Positions 1 to 10,200 of a stretch of DNA of 64,000 nucleotides are shown piece by piece. The notes below the pieces were generated by a model that worked only from the letters and a program-made list of their open reading frames with translations, had not been told where the DNA came from and searched no databases. Both the position numbers and the translations under genes were made by a program. This stretch comes from an uncultured Candidatus Saccharibacteria bacterium (GTDB lineage: Bacteria; Patescibacteriota; Dojkabacteria; J137). The stretch covers positions 3,693 to 67,692 of the forward strand of contig CAZSKK010000003.1 of the NCBI GenBank assembly GCA_964607415.1, in the 5' to 3' direction. The stretch's first letter is position 1. Every line of letters begins with the position of its first letter.

Positions 1-1
1 A

Positions 2-871
2 AATCAGGAAGAATTAAAATCTGACTTAAACAAACTTATAACCGAAGGCGGTTACAAATTAGTTGAAGAAGAATCCAATCTCTCTTTAAATTTAAACGAA
101 ACAATCTTTGCATTTGTTCTTTCTGCTTTTATTTTTGCAATATTTATTGCAATTCAAAAGCTTGGAATTGCCAATACAGTAAGTTCCGATAGCGAAAACT
201 ATAGCTTTGCATTTATTTTTAGTATTGGAGTAATTGCATCACTATCAACCTGCATGGCAGTTGTTGGCGGATTAGTTTTAAGTTTATCTGCAAAATACTC
301 AGAAGGACAAAAAACATTACCGCTTATACTTTTTCATATCTCTAGAGTTGTTGGATTTTTTTTACTTGGAGGAGTAATTGGTTTAATAGGATCAGCTTTT
401 GTGATTGGAGTTAATACAACGTTTGTTTTGAATTTAATCTTATTTTTAGTAATGGCAATTTTGGGAATAAGTCTAACTGGACTTTTCCCAACTATAGATA
501 AATTTCAGGTTAGATCACCAAAAGTTTTGGGTAAAAAAATTTTAGAACTGGAATCTGTAAATTCAAAAGCGCTTCCAGTGTTTTTAGGTACCTTAACATT
601 TTTTCTTCCATGTGGCTTTACCCAATCCATGCAAGTTTACTCTCTAACAACAGGAAGCTTTTTTGAAGGAGCAGTAACTATGTTAGTTTTTGCATTAGGA
701 ACTTTACCTGTTTTGAGTTTAATCAGCTTTGCATCTGTTAAGCTTTCAAAGGGATTACAATCAAAGTTATTTTATAAAACTGCAGGATTTTTAATCATCT
801 TCTTTGCGTTAATTAATCTTCATGGTGCCTTGGTTATAAAAGGAATTATTGAGCCACTGTTCACAATTTAG
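2..871 (+). CDS. Polytopic membrane protein, TauE/SafE / DsbD_2-like transporter family. It is 5'-truncated by the window edge.
   Basis: The frame is open from base 2 with no stop upstream of the annotated ATG at 254. Multiple hydrophobic TM segments are present, with a conserved FLPCGFTQ motif in a TM helix. Family assignment is by general resemblance only. Confidence 0.45.
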   Translation, partial: NQEELKSDLNKLITEGGYKLVEEESNLSLNLNETIFAFVLSAFIFAIFIAIQKLGIANTVSSDSENYSFAFIFSIGVIASLSTCMAVVGGLVLSLSAKYSEGQKTLPLILFHISRVVGFFLLGGVIGLIGSAFVIGVNTTFVLNLILFLVMAILGISLTGLFPTIDKFQVRSPKVLGKKILELESVNSKALPVFLGTLTFFLPCGFTQSMQVYSLTTGSFFEGAVTMLVFALGTLPVLSLISFASVKLSKGLQSKLFYKTAGFLIIFFALINLHGALVIKGIIEPLFTI

Positions 872-1087
872 CGTTTGAAGTAAGGCCATTCGATGAAGTA
901 ATAAATAAGTTGGATTCAAGAATGTTAGATCTGGAAGAAAAAGAAACTGAATAGATACTATGTACGCAGAGATTGGCGAGTTTTGATTTCATGCCTGGAG
1001 AAGTGCAAGACTTATTAAGTTTTTGTCAATTAATTCATCTCATACGCTTTACCATCCATAGGCTACTAGCTTATTATTTACAGTTTC

Positions 1088-1116
1088 TTGACAGTTCTCC
1101 TTTTCTGCATTACAAT
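1088..1116 (+). promoter_or_regulatory. Sigma70-like promoter (TTGACA-17-TACAAT) for the first XRE regulator gene
   Basis: TTGACA lies at 1088-1093, followed by a 17-nt spacer and TACAAT at 1111-1116. The ORF-track start at 1088 is the TTG of the -35 box and is spurious. Confidence 0.55.
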
Positions 1117-1147
1117 TCGTAGAATCCCCAACAAAAAGCACCACCAA

Positions 1148-1927
1148 ATGGAGGATCTTAGTTCAAAAACAGGAAAAAAGATTCGTTACTTTCGCGAGCG
1201 GGTAAACGAATCGCAGTTAAATATAGAAACAGCAATAAATGCTTCTCCCGGTACGCTTAGTAGAATTGAAAATGGTCAAACAAATCCTACCAAAGAAACA
1301 CTTCTTAAGATTTCAAGATATTTAAAGTTGAATAGGCTAGAAACAGCTTACCTACTGGGAGATACTGATAAACCAAGTTCAATAGAAGAGATTAATGAAG
1401 TTCGAGATAGATTAAAAGAATACTTTGGGAAAAAAGATGTAGTTGCGTATTTAACTGATGATCGCTATAGACTTGTTGCTGCCTCAAAGGGGATCCAGCA
1501 ACTGATGGACGTATCACCTGAACATTTGAAAAAACTCCTAGGTGAATCTTTAATAAAAATATTAATGGATGATTCTTTAGGTATAAAAAAATTTGTTGCA
1601 GACGACGAGTACAAAACAATTTTAAAAAATCTGATTTATCGATACTACGTTGAGGTTGGGTTTATGATCTGTGACGAAAAAAACCTTGAAACAATAGAAT
1701 TTATTTTGCATAATTCTGAAGCAAAAAAATATTGGGAAGAGTCGCACAAAGATTATCTAGAAAATAAAAGCATTTATACACTTGAATCTAGGAAAGTAAC
1801 TTTCAAATTTGGTTTTTTGACTGTTCCTATGTATTTTACCGTAGAACCTCTAACCTGGAATGAAAGGTTTCAAATGGTAGAGTATATGCCTACGAATTTG
1901 ATTATTCGATTGCTTCAGAAGCTATGA
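1148..1927 (+). CDS. XRE-family HTH transcriptional regulator, paralog A. It has a C-terminal domain of about 170 aa that may be an MmyB-like ligand-binding domain.
   Basis: The HTH_XRE signature is QLNIETAINASPGTLSRIENGQTNPTKETLLKISRYLKL. The start is placed at MEDLSSK, downstream of the promoter. The protein is about 45% identical to the next ORF across its full length. Confidence 0.75.
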   Translation: MEDLSSKTGKKIRYFRERVNESQLNIETAINASPGTLSRIENGQTNPTKETLLKISRYLKLNRLETAYLLGDTDKPSSIEEINEVRDRLKEYFGKKDVVAYLTDDRYRLVAASKGIQQLMDVSPEHLKKLLGESLIKILMDDSLGIKKFVADDEYKTILKNLIYRYYVEVGFMICDEKNLETIEFILHNSEAKKYWEESHKDYLENKSIYTLESRKVTFKFGFLTVPMYFTVEPLTWNERFQMVEYMPTNLIIRLLQKL

Positions 1928-2694
1928 TGAATAAAACCGGAGAAAAAGTAAGATATTTTAGAGAGCGTTTAAAAGAGGCACAACTTGACATAGAACTTGC
2001 TATAAATGCAGCGCCAGGTACACTTAGCAGAATTGAGAATGGGCAAACTAATCCCACTAAGGAAACCCTTCTAAAAATTGTTAAATACTTAAAGCTTAAT
2101 AAGTACGAAACAAGCTATCTACTTGGAGAAACAGATGAACCTGTTAATCAGCTAGAAATTGAAAATGCTCAGAAGAAATTACAAGATTATTTGGATAAAA
2201 AAGGAGTACTTGCCTATGTTAAAGATGACAGAGCAAGACTGATAACACTTTCAAAAGATTTTAAACGCCTAATGAACGTTTCTGAAGACAAAATGCATAA
2301 TATGATTGGAGTTTCTTTAGTAAAAGTGGTCCTTGATGATTCTTTAGGAATAAAAAGATCACTGGATGAAGATGGATATGCAGATCTATTGGAAGGAATG
2401 ATATACAGATACTATTTTGAAGTAGGATTTATGGTAACAGATTATTTTAATATAGCTACGAAAGAGCTCATTTTTAATAGTCCACTTGCTAAAAAATTTT
2501 GGGATCAGGCTGAGGAAAAATATTTAAGTGGAAATGAACTTTATACTTTGGACTCCAGAAAAGTAACTTTTAAATTTGGCTCATTTAAAGTTCCCATGTT
2601 TTATACAGTTGAGCCTGTAATGTGGGACGACCGGTTTCAGATTATTGAGTATACTCCTACAAATTCGATTGTTAGATTACTTCAGAAGCTGTAG
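1924..2694 (+). CDS. XRE-family HTH transcriptional regulator, paralog B. It is a tandem duplicate that overlaps paralog A at ATGATGA.
   Basis: It carries the same HTH (QLDIELAINAAPGTLSRIENGQTNPTKETLLKIVKYLKL). The C-terminal block KVTFKFGxxxVPMxxTVEP..W..RFQ..EY.PTN is conserved with paralog A. Confidence 0.8.
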   Translation: MMNKTGEKVRYFRERLKEAQLDIELAINAAPGTLSRIENGQTNPTKETLLKIVKYLKLNKYETSYLLGETDEPVNQLEIENAQKKLQDYLDKKGVLAYVKDDRARLITLSKDFKRLMNVSEDKMHNMIGVSLVKVVLDDSLGIKRSLDEDGYADLLEGMIYRYYFEVGFMVTDYFNIATKELIFNSPLAKKFWDQAEEKYLSGNELYTLDSRKVTFKFGSFKVPMFYTVEPVMWDDRFQIIEYTPTNSIVRLLQKL

Positions 2695-3424
2695 CTGATT
2701 TGTTTAATTTATACTCCACAACCACAAACCTTGGATCATTTGGAATATTTGTCCATGTATATGTAAATTCAAACTTTTTTACTAACAGATCAAACTCAAC
2801 AATTCTCCTTTCTTCTTCCAGAAGATTAATAGCTTCGTCAGGCAAGCTGTCCCACAATCTTTGAAAATCGGGCTGTTTTTTTAATCTTTCAATTAACTCC
2901 TTCCACCAGCTTTCATCAATCAAATAATCTCTTTCCTGCTTAAGAACAGCAATAACACTTGTTGCCACATTATCAAAATCTTTTATAAACTTTCTAAGAC
3001 CTAAACTGGGATCAAAAACAACTTCTGCAACTTGACTATTATAAATTTTCGAGAGATCCAGCCTTGCAAGTTTCGCTATAATCTTAAATCCATCACTAAT
3101 TTCCAGTATTATAGATTTATTATCCAGAAGGTAAGCAAATACCGTTTTCTTTTTGAAATGCGCCCTCAAAGAATTAATCATATTTTCAACTTCTTCCGGA
3201 GTTGGATCACTATGGTTAACATCTAGAAGATATGCCACTTCTGCTTGCGATAATTTTAAAAAGTTAGCAACTTTTACTATTGTCTCTTTAGTAGGATTTA
3301 CCAGATCATTCTCAATTCTGCTAACACTTCCTGCTGAAAGACCAAGCGCCATTTCAAGGTCGAATTGGCTAATACAATTCTTGTTTCTAAAGAATTTCAT
3401 TTTTTGTCCAAGGGATTTTGACAT
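2672..3424 (-). CDS. XRE-family HTH transcriptional regulator, paralog C. It is convergent with paralog B and overlaps it by 23 nt.
   Basis: The HTH is LEMALGLSAGSVSRIENDLVNPTKETIVKVANFLKL. Its size (250 aa) and C-terminal layout match paralogs A and B. Confidence 0.7.
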   Translation of the reverse strand: MSKSLGQKMKFFRNKNCISQFDLEMALGLSAGSVSRIENDLVNPTKETIVKVANFLKLSQAEVAYLLDVNHSDPTPEEVENMINSLRAHFKKKTVFAYLLDNKSIILEISDGFKIIAKLARLDLSKIYNSQVAEVVFDPSLGLRKFIKDFDNVATSVIAVLKQERDYLIDESWWKELIERLKKQPDFQRLWDSLPDEAINLLEEERRIVEFDLLVKKFEFTYTWTNIPNDPRFVVVEYKLNKSATASEVI

Positions 3425-3528
3425 ATCGTGCTCAAGGATTAGGAAATAATATACTAATTTGCATGTATTGTAAATACCAGTAATATCTTAAATAATAATA
3501 AAAACTCCTAGGTATTTGCCCAAGAGAT

Positions 3529-3558
3529 TTGACAAGTTATAAAAAGTTAGAGTATAAT
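3529..3558 (+). promoter_or_regulatory. Sigma70-like promoter (TTGACA-18-TATAAT)
   Basis: TTGACA lies at 3529-3534 and TATAAT at 3553-3558. The ORF-track TTG start at 3529 is the -35 box itself. This region is divergent from the paralog C start. Confidence 0.5.
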
Positions 3559-3579
3559 AGTTATATATTGTTAAAAGAT

Positions 3580-4659
3580 ATGACCCCAACAGATGAAGCT
3601 ATAGTTGAAACGACACCGGATGTTAAAAGCATTCCAGAAGCGCAACCTTCTGCTATTTTATTGTTGATTAGACTACTTACAGATAAAGCTAGTAGTCCGG
3701 ATGGTTCAGATCTGAGAGATGAATTGGCAAGTCTTATGTTTAACATAATGAATAATAATAGCTATGGGCCACAACTAGCCGAAAAACTTGATACACAGAT
3801 CGAAGAACTATACCCATCCTTAAATGTAAGATTGAATGGTCTTGCCGGTAAATATAATTTGGAAACGCTTAACTATAACGGAGATTCGCAAGCGCTAAAT
3901 ATTGCTCAAGATATAATAGAGCAAGGATATAGAAGGCATAAGAGCAAAGACAATAAAAACCAAGGGACATCAAGCGAAGAAGACAAAAATTACAGACCAA
4001 CTATTCCTAGGGTTAAAGGGATTCGTACTGGTTTACTAATGGCTAACCCTAACGAAACAGAAGTGCACCCTAACATTCCTCGTGCAATAATAGGTGTCGG
4101 CATACCGTCAGATTTAAACGATCCAACTTGTAAGCTTGAGGTCGATTACTTTATGAGTAATCCAGAGATAAGCGAAGCTGGGGTCATACAGTGGCTAAGA
4201 ACTAAAGAAGGATTTGAAAATGCTAAGGTCGCTAGTCTTGGTCCTTTCGTAATGGTTGAAGAGATACAGGATGATGGGAAAATAAAATCTGGGTTTAATA
4301 ATCCTAAACATTTAAGATATGCATTCAACTTATTTTCAGGTGTGAGAGGCCTATTAATGGATAAAGCGGGCGTCGATACTATTACTATGATTGCTAGTCC
4401 TAAATTAATTGAACGACTAAACCAATTTGGATTTAACTTTCTTGAATCACCTTTTACCGTATCTCCAGAGAAAATTTCCCCAGAAGGTATTCCTGTTTCA
4501 GAAATAATGAGAAAGTATCCAAGATACTGGAATCCGGATAATGCAGATAAACAACCAAAGCTTTACTATGCAAAATTAGAAGACTTAGCTAAAGCACTTC
4601 CGCATTTAGAACAGATGGTTTCATTTATTGAACAAGCCGGAAATAAGTCAGAAGCATAG
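3580..4659 (+). CDS. Hypothetical protein of 359 aa. The C-terminal region is weakly GNAT/acyl-transferase-like.
   Basis: It is a long ORF with its ATG at 3580, downstream of the predicted promoter. There is no signal peptide. The C-terminal segment HLRYAFNLF...ASPKLIERLNQFGFNF resembles the fold-closing region of GNAT or N-acyl amino-acid synthase-type enzymes. This resemblance is weak. Confidence 0.5.
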   Translation: MTPTDEAIVETTPDVKSIPEAQPSAILLLIRLLTDKASSPDGSDLRDELASLMFNIMNNNSYGPQLAEKLDTQIEELYPSLNVRLNGLAGKYNLETLNYNGDSQALNIAQDIIEQGYRRHKSKDNKNQGTSSEEDKNYRPTIPRVKGIRTGLLMANPNETEVHPNIPRAIIGVGIPSDLNDPTCKLEVDYFMSNPEISEAGVIQWLRTKEGFENAKVASLGPFVMVEEIQDDGKIKSGFNNPKHLRYAFNLFSGVRGLLMDKAGVDTITMIASPKLIERLNQFGFNFLESPFTVSPEKISPEGIPVSEIMRKYPRYWNPDNADKQPKLYYAKLEDLAKALPHLEQMVSFIEQAGNKSEA

Positions 4660-4728
4660 CATTATCCACAGTTACATTTTTCTTCTATTATCTGTATAAT
4701 TCATCATAGAATTGTTATTAACACCTAA

Positions 4729-7008
4729 ATGAGTGAATTTTTATATTACATCTACCTTTTTGTTCTAATTTTTGCTTCAGTGCTCGCCTTTTTAGTCATT
4801 TCACATAACTACAAAAAGCTCTATAATCAAATCTTTTTTGGGATGTTAATCACATTGTCCTTATGGATTGTATCACTATATTTTTTACAAAAAGAAAAAC
4901 ATCCCGATGCCTCTTTGATTTTCGGCAGAATGGGCTTTTTGTTACCGGCAGCATTTATCTTGTTATTCTTTATGTTTATTATTGTTTTTCCTAAAAGGTA
5001 TAAGATTCCAAGCAAAATTGAAATTTTTGTGTTTGGAGGAATACTTATGCTTAACTCAGTTTTATCATTATCTCCATGGATCATTGAATCTGTAGAAATT
5101 AGTGAAAGATTGCCAGTTCCTAATTACGGACAATTTTATCCTATTTATGGGATTTCAATTGTTATATCGATTATATATATTTTTTACATATTTATTAGGA
5201 AACTTATACTTACAAGTGGCTACGAAAGATCAATTCTCAAAGTAATAACTTATGGTTTTAGTATTTCAATATTTATTACTGTCGGAACAAACCTCATATT
5301 GGCAAATATTTTAGAAAATAGAATATCTTCAGCACTTGCTCCACTGAATATGATACCTTTACTTTTATTTGTATTGTACGCAATACTAAAATATAGGTTT
5401 CTTGATATTAGGGTAGTAATAAGTAGAGTTATATACTTCATAATAGTCGGAGGATTTGCATATGTTACGTTTTATGGGCTTATATTGTTTTACACGTATG
5501 TAATAGAAGGAATTTTTACACCCACTGCTTTTTTACTGGGCATATTTAACGCAATTGTTTTCACATCAGCATATGATCTTCTAAATAAATACATAAAGAA
5601 AAATATAAATCCAAGAATTGTTAATCCTCAATTCAACCCTGACGAAGAAACTGCAAGCTTCAATAATATGATTAGTCAGATTTTAAATATTGAGGAAATA
5701 CTAAATATCTCTACAGGGTTTCTTCTTAAAGTTTTAGATGTAAAAAATATAGTACTTTACATTATTAGCAGAGATGAGATCTTGATTAGATCTGGCAAAG
5801 AAGATCTTATGCCCAAAGAAACAATCCAGGCAATTTATCAAACTCTTATAAGCACTGACAAAACAGAATTCATTACTGATGAAATTGAACTTTATGAAGA
5901 CAAAGATTTTGGTAAATTTAAAAACGAGATTAAAACTATCTATTCTATAAGTAAAGCAAATAGAGTCAAAATGATTGCAAAGCTTAAATCTCTAAATAAC
6001 CAATCGGGGGCATTTTTCTTAATTGATAAAGATAACGGGATACTAAATACAACTAAAATTAAATTTATCCATGGTATTTTAGACCTTATTTCTCTCTCTC
6101 TCGGAAGAGCATTTTTATATAAGGAAGTCCAAACGTTCAATTCAACTCTTCAACAAAAAATCGATCAGGCAACTCTTGAACTTACCTCCAAAAATCAACA
6201 ACTAGAGGAAGCTTTGCGTAAAGAAAGAGATATGCTTGATATCTTAGGTCATGAACTTAGAACTCCACTTAGTACCTCCCGAAACTCATTAGATATAATT
6301 GATATCTATAAAAAACAAGGAAAACTTGATGAAGCTAAATTAAACCATCATCTAGATATTGCAAAAGAAAATCTTACCCGAGAGATTAAAATACTTGAAA
6401 CAATTCTTTCTTCTTCAAGAATTGACAACAGTAGATTGCAACTTAACTATGAAGAAGTTGATGCCAACGATGTAGTTGAAGATTCAATATCATCATATAA
6501 AGAACAAGCAGAGAAAAAAGGACTCATATTAAAAACCATACTTCCAAACGATAGAGTCTATTGTTATGGTGATAGAGCTGCTACTCAACAAATTATTGAT
6601 AACCTTGTAAGTAACGCCATCAAATATACACAAAAAGGAGCTGTTACAGTTGAACTAAAACTAGAAGCAGAGACCGTTGTATTCACTGTGAGTGATACAG
6701 GAGAGGGAATTCCAGCAGAAGAAATTCCAAACCTAGGTAAAAAGTTTTATAGAATAAATCCATACCTTAAATCAGAAGGGAAAATTGGTGGCAGACAAAT
6801 TGTAAGGCCAGGTGGCACGGGAATTGGTCTATATGTTGTTTTTAAATTAACAGGTATGATGAACGGTACAGTAAATGTGTCTAGTGAGGTAGGAAAGGGT
6901 AGTGCCTTTACTATAAAGCTTCCAAGATTTAACCCTCAAATCCACGAAATTAAAAAGATTGTGGAAGAACAACAACAACCTGTAAAAGCTGAAGCGTTGG
7001 TTGTTTAA
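4729..7008 (+). CDS. Membrane-bound sensor histidine kinase with a multi-TM N-terminal sensor, HisKA and HATPase_c domains
   Basis: About seven hydrophobic helices lie in the first 280 aa. The H-box is LGHELRTPLS. The N/G boxes are NLVSNAIKYT, DTGEGIP and GGTGIGL. No cognate response-regulator gene is adjacent. Confidence 0.85.
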   Translation: MSEFLYYIYLFVLIFASVLAFLVISHNYKKLYNQIFFGMLITLSLWIVSLYFLQKEKHPDASLIFGRMGFLLPAAFILLFFMFIIVFPKRYKIPSKIEIFVFGGILMLNSVLSLSPWIIESVEISERLPVPNYGQFYPIYGISIVISIIYIFYIFIRKLILTSGYERSILKVITYGFSISIFITVGTNLILANILENRISSALAPLNMIPLLLFVLYAILKYRFLDIRVVISRVIYFIIVGGFAYVTFYGLILFYTYVIEGIFTPTAFLLGIFNAIVFTSAYDLLNKYIKKNINPRIVNPQFNPDEETASFNNMISQILNIEEILNISTGFLLKVLDVKNIVLYIISRDEILIRSGKEDLMPKETIQAIYQTLISTDKTEFITDEIELYEDKDFGKFKNEIKTIYSISKANRVKMIAKLKSLNNQSGAFFLIDKDNGILNTTKIKFIHGILDLISLSLGRAFLYKEVQTFNSTLQQKIDQATLELTSKNQQLEEALRKERDMLDILGHELRTPLSTSRNSLDIIDIYKKQGKLDEAKLNHHLDIAKENLTREIKILETILSSSRIDNSRLQLNYEEVDANDVVEDSISSYKEQAEKKGLILKTILPNDRVYCYGDRAATQQIIDNLVSNAIKYTQKGAVTVELKLEAETVVFTVSDTGEGIPAEEIPNLGKKFYRINPYLKSEGKIGGRQIVRPGGTGIGLYVVFKLTGMMNGTVNVSSEVGKGSAFTIKLPRFNPQIHEIKKIVEEQQQPVKAEALVV

Positions 7009-7123
7009 AAAAAGCTTATTATTATTAAAACCTATCCCGATCCTTGATCCTCTCGGATCACCCTCTCCTAAAGGAAAGGAAATGAACGCAGTGAGCAGGG
7101 TGGTGGAAAACTTCTATTTTCTT

Positions 7124-7152
7124 TCAAAATTTGTATTGCAATACAATGCGGC
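7124..7152 (+). promoter_or_regulatory. Conserved upstream element, copy 1 (tcaaaatttgtattgcaatacaatgcggc). It contains the 16-bp perfect palindrome TTGTATTGCAATACAA at 7131-7146, overlapping a TACAAT -10-like hexamer.
   Basis: It matches copies at 14262-14290 and 15748-15776 almost exactly. Each copy sits 75-130 nt upstream of a secreted or envelope protein gene. Confidence 0.6.
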
Positions 7153-7201
7153 GAAAAATTTTTTACGCTATGATCAGTTATTTATTGATCATTTACCTCA
7201 T

Positions 7202-10200
7202 ATGAAGGGCCTTCTCAAAACCACACTAGTTTGGATAAGTATCTATTTAATTCTTTCACCGCTACTCTTAATAAAGCCATCGATAGCTGAAACACTTCAA
7301 AATATTGAAGTTTGCTTCATAGCCTTGGACATCAATAATCAAATTAAACAAAACCTACCTTCAGATACCAATGTGCAAATTGATTTTTATGACAATGTTC
7401 ATTTGCAAGAAAACACAATAAATACCTTATCTGGCAACTTTGCAACAGTTAGTTATACACAAGCATCACCTGCAAATCGAGATTTAATAGGAAATGATGG
7501 AATTTACGATGGCTACTGCGAAACCAGACAGTTTACAGTTGATGCTACAACTGAGTACGCATACACTCAGGCCCGAATATTTTCGCCAAATGATATTTCA
7601 GTTGTTGGATATAATGACCAGTTTGATATACAAGTCCAATCGATAGCAGACGTTTTTACTTATTCTAATGAATTTTTTGATGACATTATTGGAAACGAAT
7701 CAGCAAGAAACATAAACTCGGATGGACATATTATTATGGACGTCAATCGTGAATATAGACATTTAATCACAATTCTTAAAGATAATACACCAATAATCAC
7801 AAACCAACCCCCACAAATCTACCTGAGTTTAAATGGTGAGGCAGAGTATACAAATAATGCAGTTGTACAAACTGACTTGAATATAGCTACAACAAATGTA
7901 ATTCAGAATATCAGGTTTGGACCGAGTGAAGTAAGCATAGCTTCTTTAAACTGGGCCAACTATTCTGATTTTAATGGTGAATATATTTTACCTGGAAGCG
8001 ATTCAACCGGAAATAAAAGGCTTTGTATACAAGTTAAAGATAGTTTAAATCAAGATTCTAATATAGCCTGCGACGAAATAATTTTTGATAATCTACCTCC
8101 AATAGGCAGTATTTTTATAAATAATGATGAAATAGAAACTAGTAATACAAATTTAAACTTGAGCTTAAACGCTATCGATCCAATTTTAGAAGATGATCAA
8201 AATGGAATTGGGGGAATTCAAATGAGATTTTCTGAAGACAATTCGAATTGGTCAGTATGGGAACCTTACTTAGCAACAAAAACTTTCCAAACAACGACTA
8301 ATAATGGACAAGCTTTCGTATTTGTTCAATTTCAAGATTCTTTAGGGAATGTTTCAATATCCTATAGTGATAACATCTTAGTAGATCCAAATTCAACTAT
8401 TGGAACATTAAGAATAAATAATGATGACGCATACACAAATACTAGTTTAGTAAATCTAACTCTTAATAAAATTGGTAATCGAACTCCTTTGTATGTAAGA
8501 TTTATTCAAACTTCTAACGGTCAAGTTCCTTCTAACCCTCCCAATGTTTACAATCCAACTGATAATTTAGGTGGTTGGACATATTGGCAAAACTATTCTG
8601 AAAATAAACAGTGGGATCATGATCATCCCGAAGCAGGAACTGGTACAGATGGATATGGTAAAAAAAGTATTTATGCTCAGTACATGTGGAGCGATAATAC
8701 TGTTACAGAAATTTTTCGAGATAGCATTATCTATGCACCTTACTATGCAATAGAGTATAGGAGTGTAGATCATTCTGAACTTATAACTGAGCCTCAAAAT
8801 TCTACTCCTGATTTCAGTTACGAACCATTTTTTCCGGAATACACTCTGAATAATATCCCAACAAGCTTAAATACTCAGGAAGAAGTTATTATTAAATTAA
8901 ATACAAAAAATAACGGAACTTTTTCTTGGCAGCCAAATATTGTAAATATAACAAATTTTTGGGAGGTAATAAATATTGCCCCAGAATTTCAGTCCTTAGT
9001 TCAATCTTCAACCAGAGGCAACAATGCAACACCTGCGAGTATAATTAACTATAACCAGGAAACTGGAACTTTGAGCTTAACAGTTAAAGCCCCAAGTTAT
9101 CCTGGAACTTACAAGTTAAAACTAGATGCAATTCACGAAGGTGTAGCTCAATTTTCACAGTTTAATAATCCTTCGCCTGGTTTTGAAATAACCGTAACCA
9201 CGAATCCTAATACTCCACAACCTGGAAGTGACGAAGAACCTGATACAGATTTTACCGGCTACTATCCCTCCAATCCATACTCTGGTCAGTTGCATGTAAT
9301 TACTGGTTATGTCAGGTACGCGCCGCCTAACCAATATAATGCACCCTACATGATTGTAGAAGCTGATGGTAGTAGTGCTTATTGGTATATAAATCAGTAT
9401 GATATTGGTCAGTATCTAAATCAAGTGATAAGTGTACCAATTGTAATAGACAATCCTAGCATATTATCTTATTACGTAATCGGCTGGGACGCCATTCCGA
9501 TAAGTTACCCATCTAGTCTTACGTTAAGACCAGGGGATACCATCCCAATTGAAATAAGATATCAAAATGCCGGATACCATATATGGCCGATAGGTACAAC
9601 CAGGCTTGGAGTAACACAATCTGCCAACGGAACGTCTCTTTTTTACGATGGTAGTTGGTTAAGCGATGGAAGAATAAACATGGCTAATAATAATCAGGTT
9701 CGATATGGTGATGTGGCAAGTTTTAGATTTAATATTCATGCTCCAACTAATATCGCAGTTGGGTCCTATAGACAGTGTTTTGAACCATTAGTTGAGATGG
9801 TTACATGGATCGGAGGAAGTGGGAGAGATGTTTGTATAAATATTACAGTTACAAATCAGCCAACTCCTCCAGTAAACAATATTCCGCCAATTTCACCAAC
9901 ACCATCTGGCGATACTGGCTATGTTGTAAGGTACGCGTGCCTAGATGTTCTAGCAGGGCCTCAAGCGGGATTTCCTGTTGTTGTTCATATTAATTACGGT
10001 GATGCAGTTACAGTAATTGGGGAGGCTACGGTTGGAGCAACTGATTGGCTACAAATTAGAACTGGTAGTGGTGTTGAAGGCTGGGTTCCAAGAAGTTCAA
10101 TTGATCATGTAAATGATCCTGCTAATATTTCATTTAATCTTAATAATACTTATATTGCGTCTTATGTTTGTGGAAGTTCGTTAACAGTTTATAGTGGTCC

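Noticed and set aside
1088-1147. N-terminal extension of the first XRE ORF (MTVLLFCITIRRIPNKKHHQ) starting from TTG at 1088
   Set aside because: The TTG is the TTGACA -35 hexamer of a consensus promoter, and the extension translates promoter DNA. The real start is the ATG at 1148. The same artefact occurs at 3529 (the TTGACA of the next promoter), at 7001 and at 14269, where the conserved palindromic motif is translated.
1392-1619. 75-aa minus-strand ORF inside XRE paralog A
   Set aside because: It is antisense and lies wholly inside a well-supported gene. It has low-complexity composition.
3032-3449. Two plus-strand ORFs (64 and 98 aa) overlapping XRE paralog C
   Set aside because: They are antisense to a gene with a clear HTH motif. 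They have no start context.
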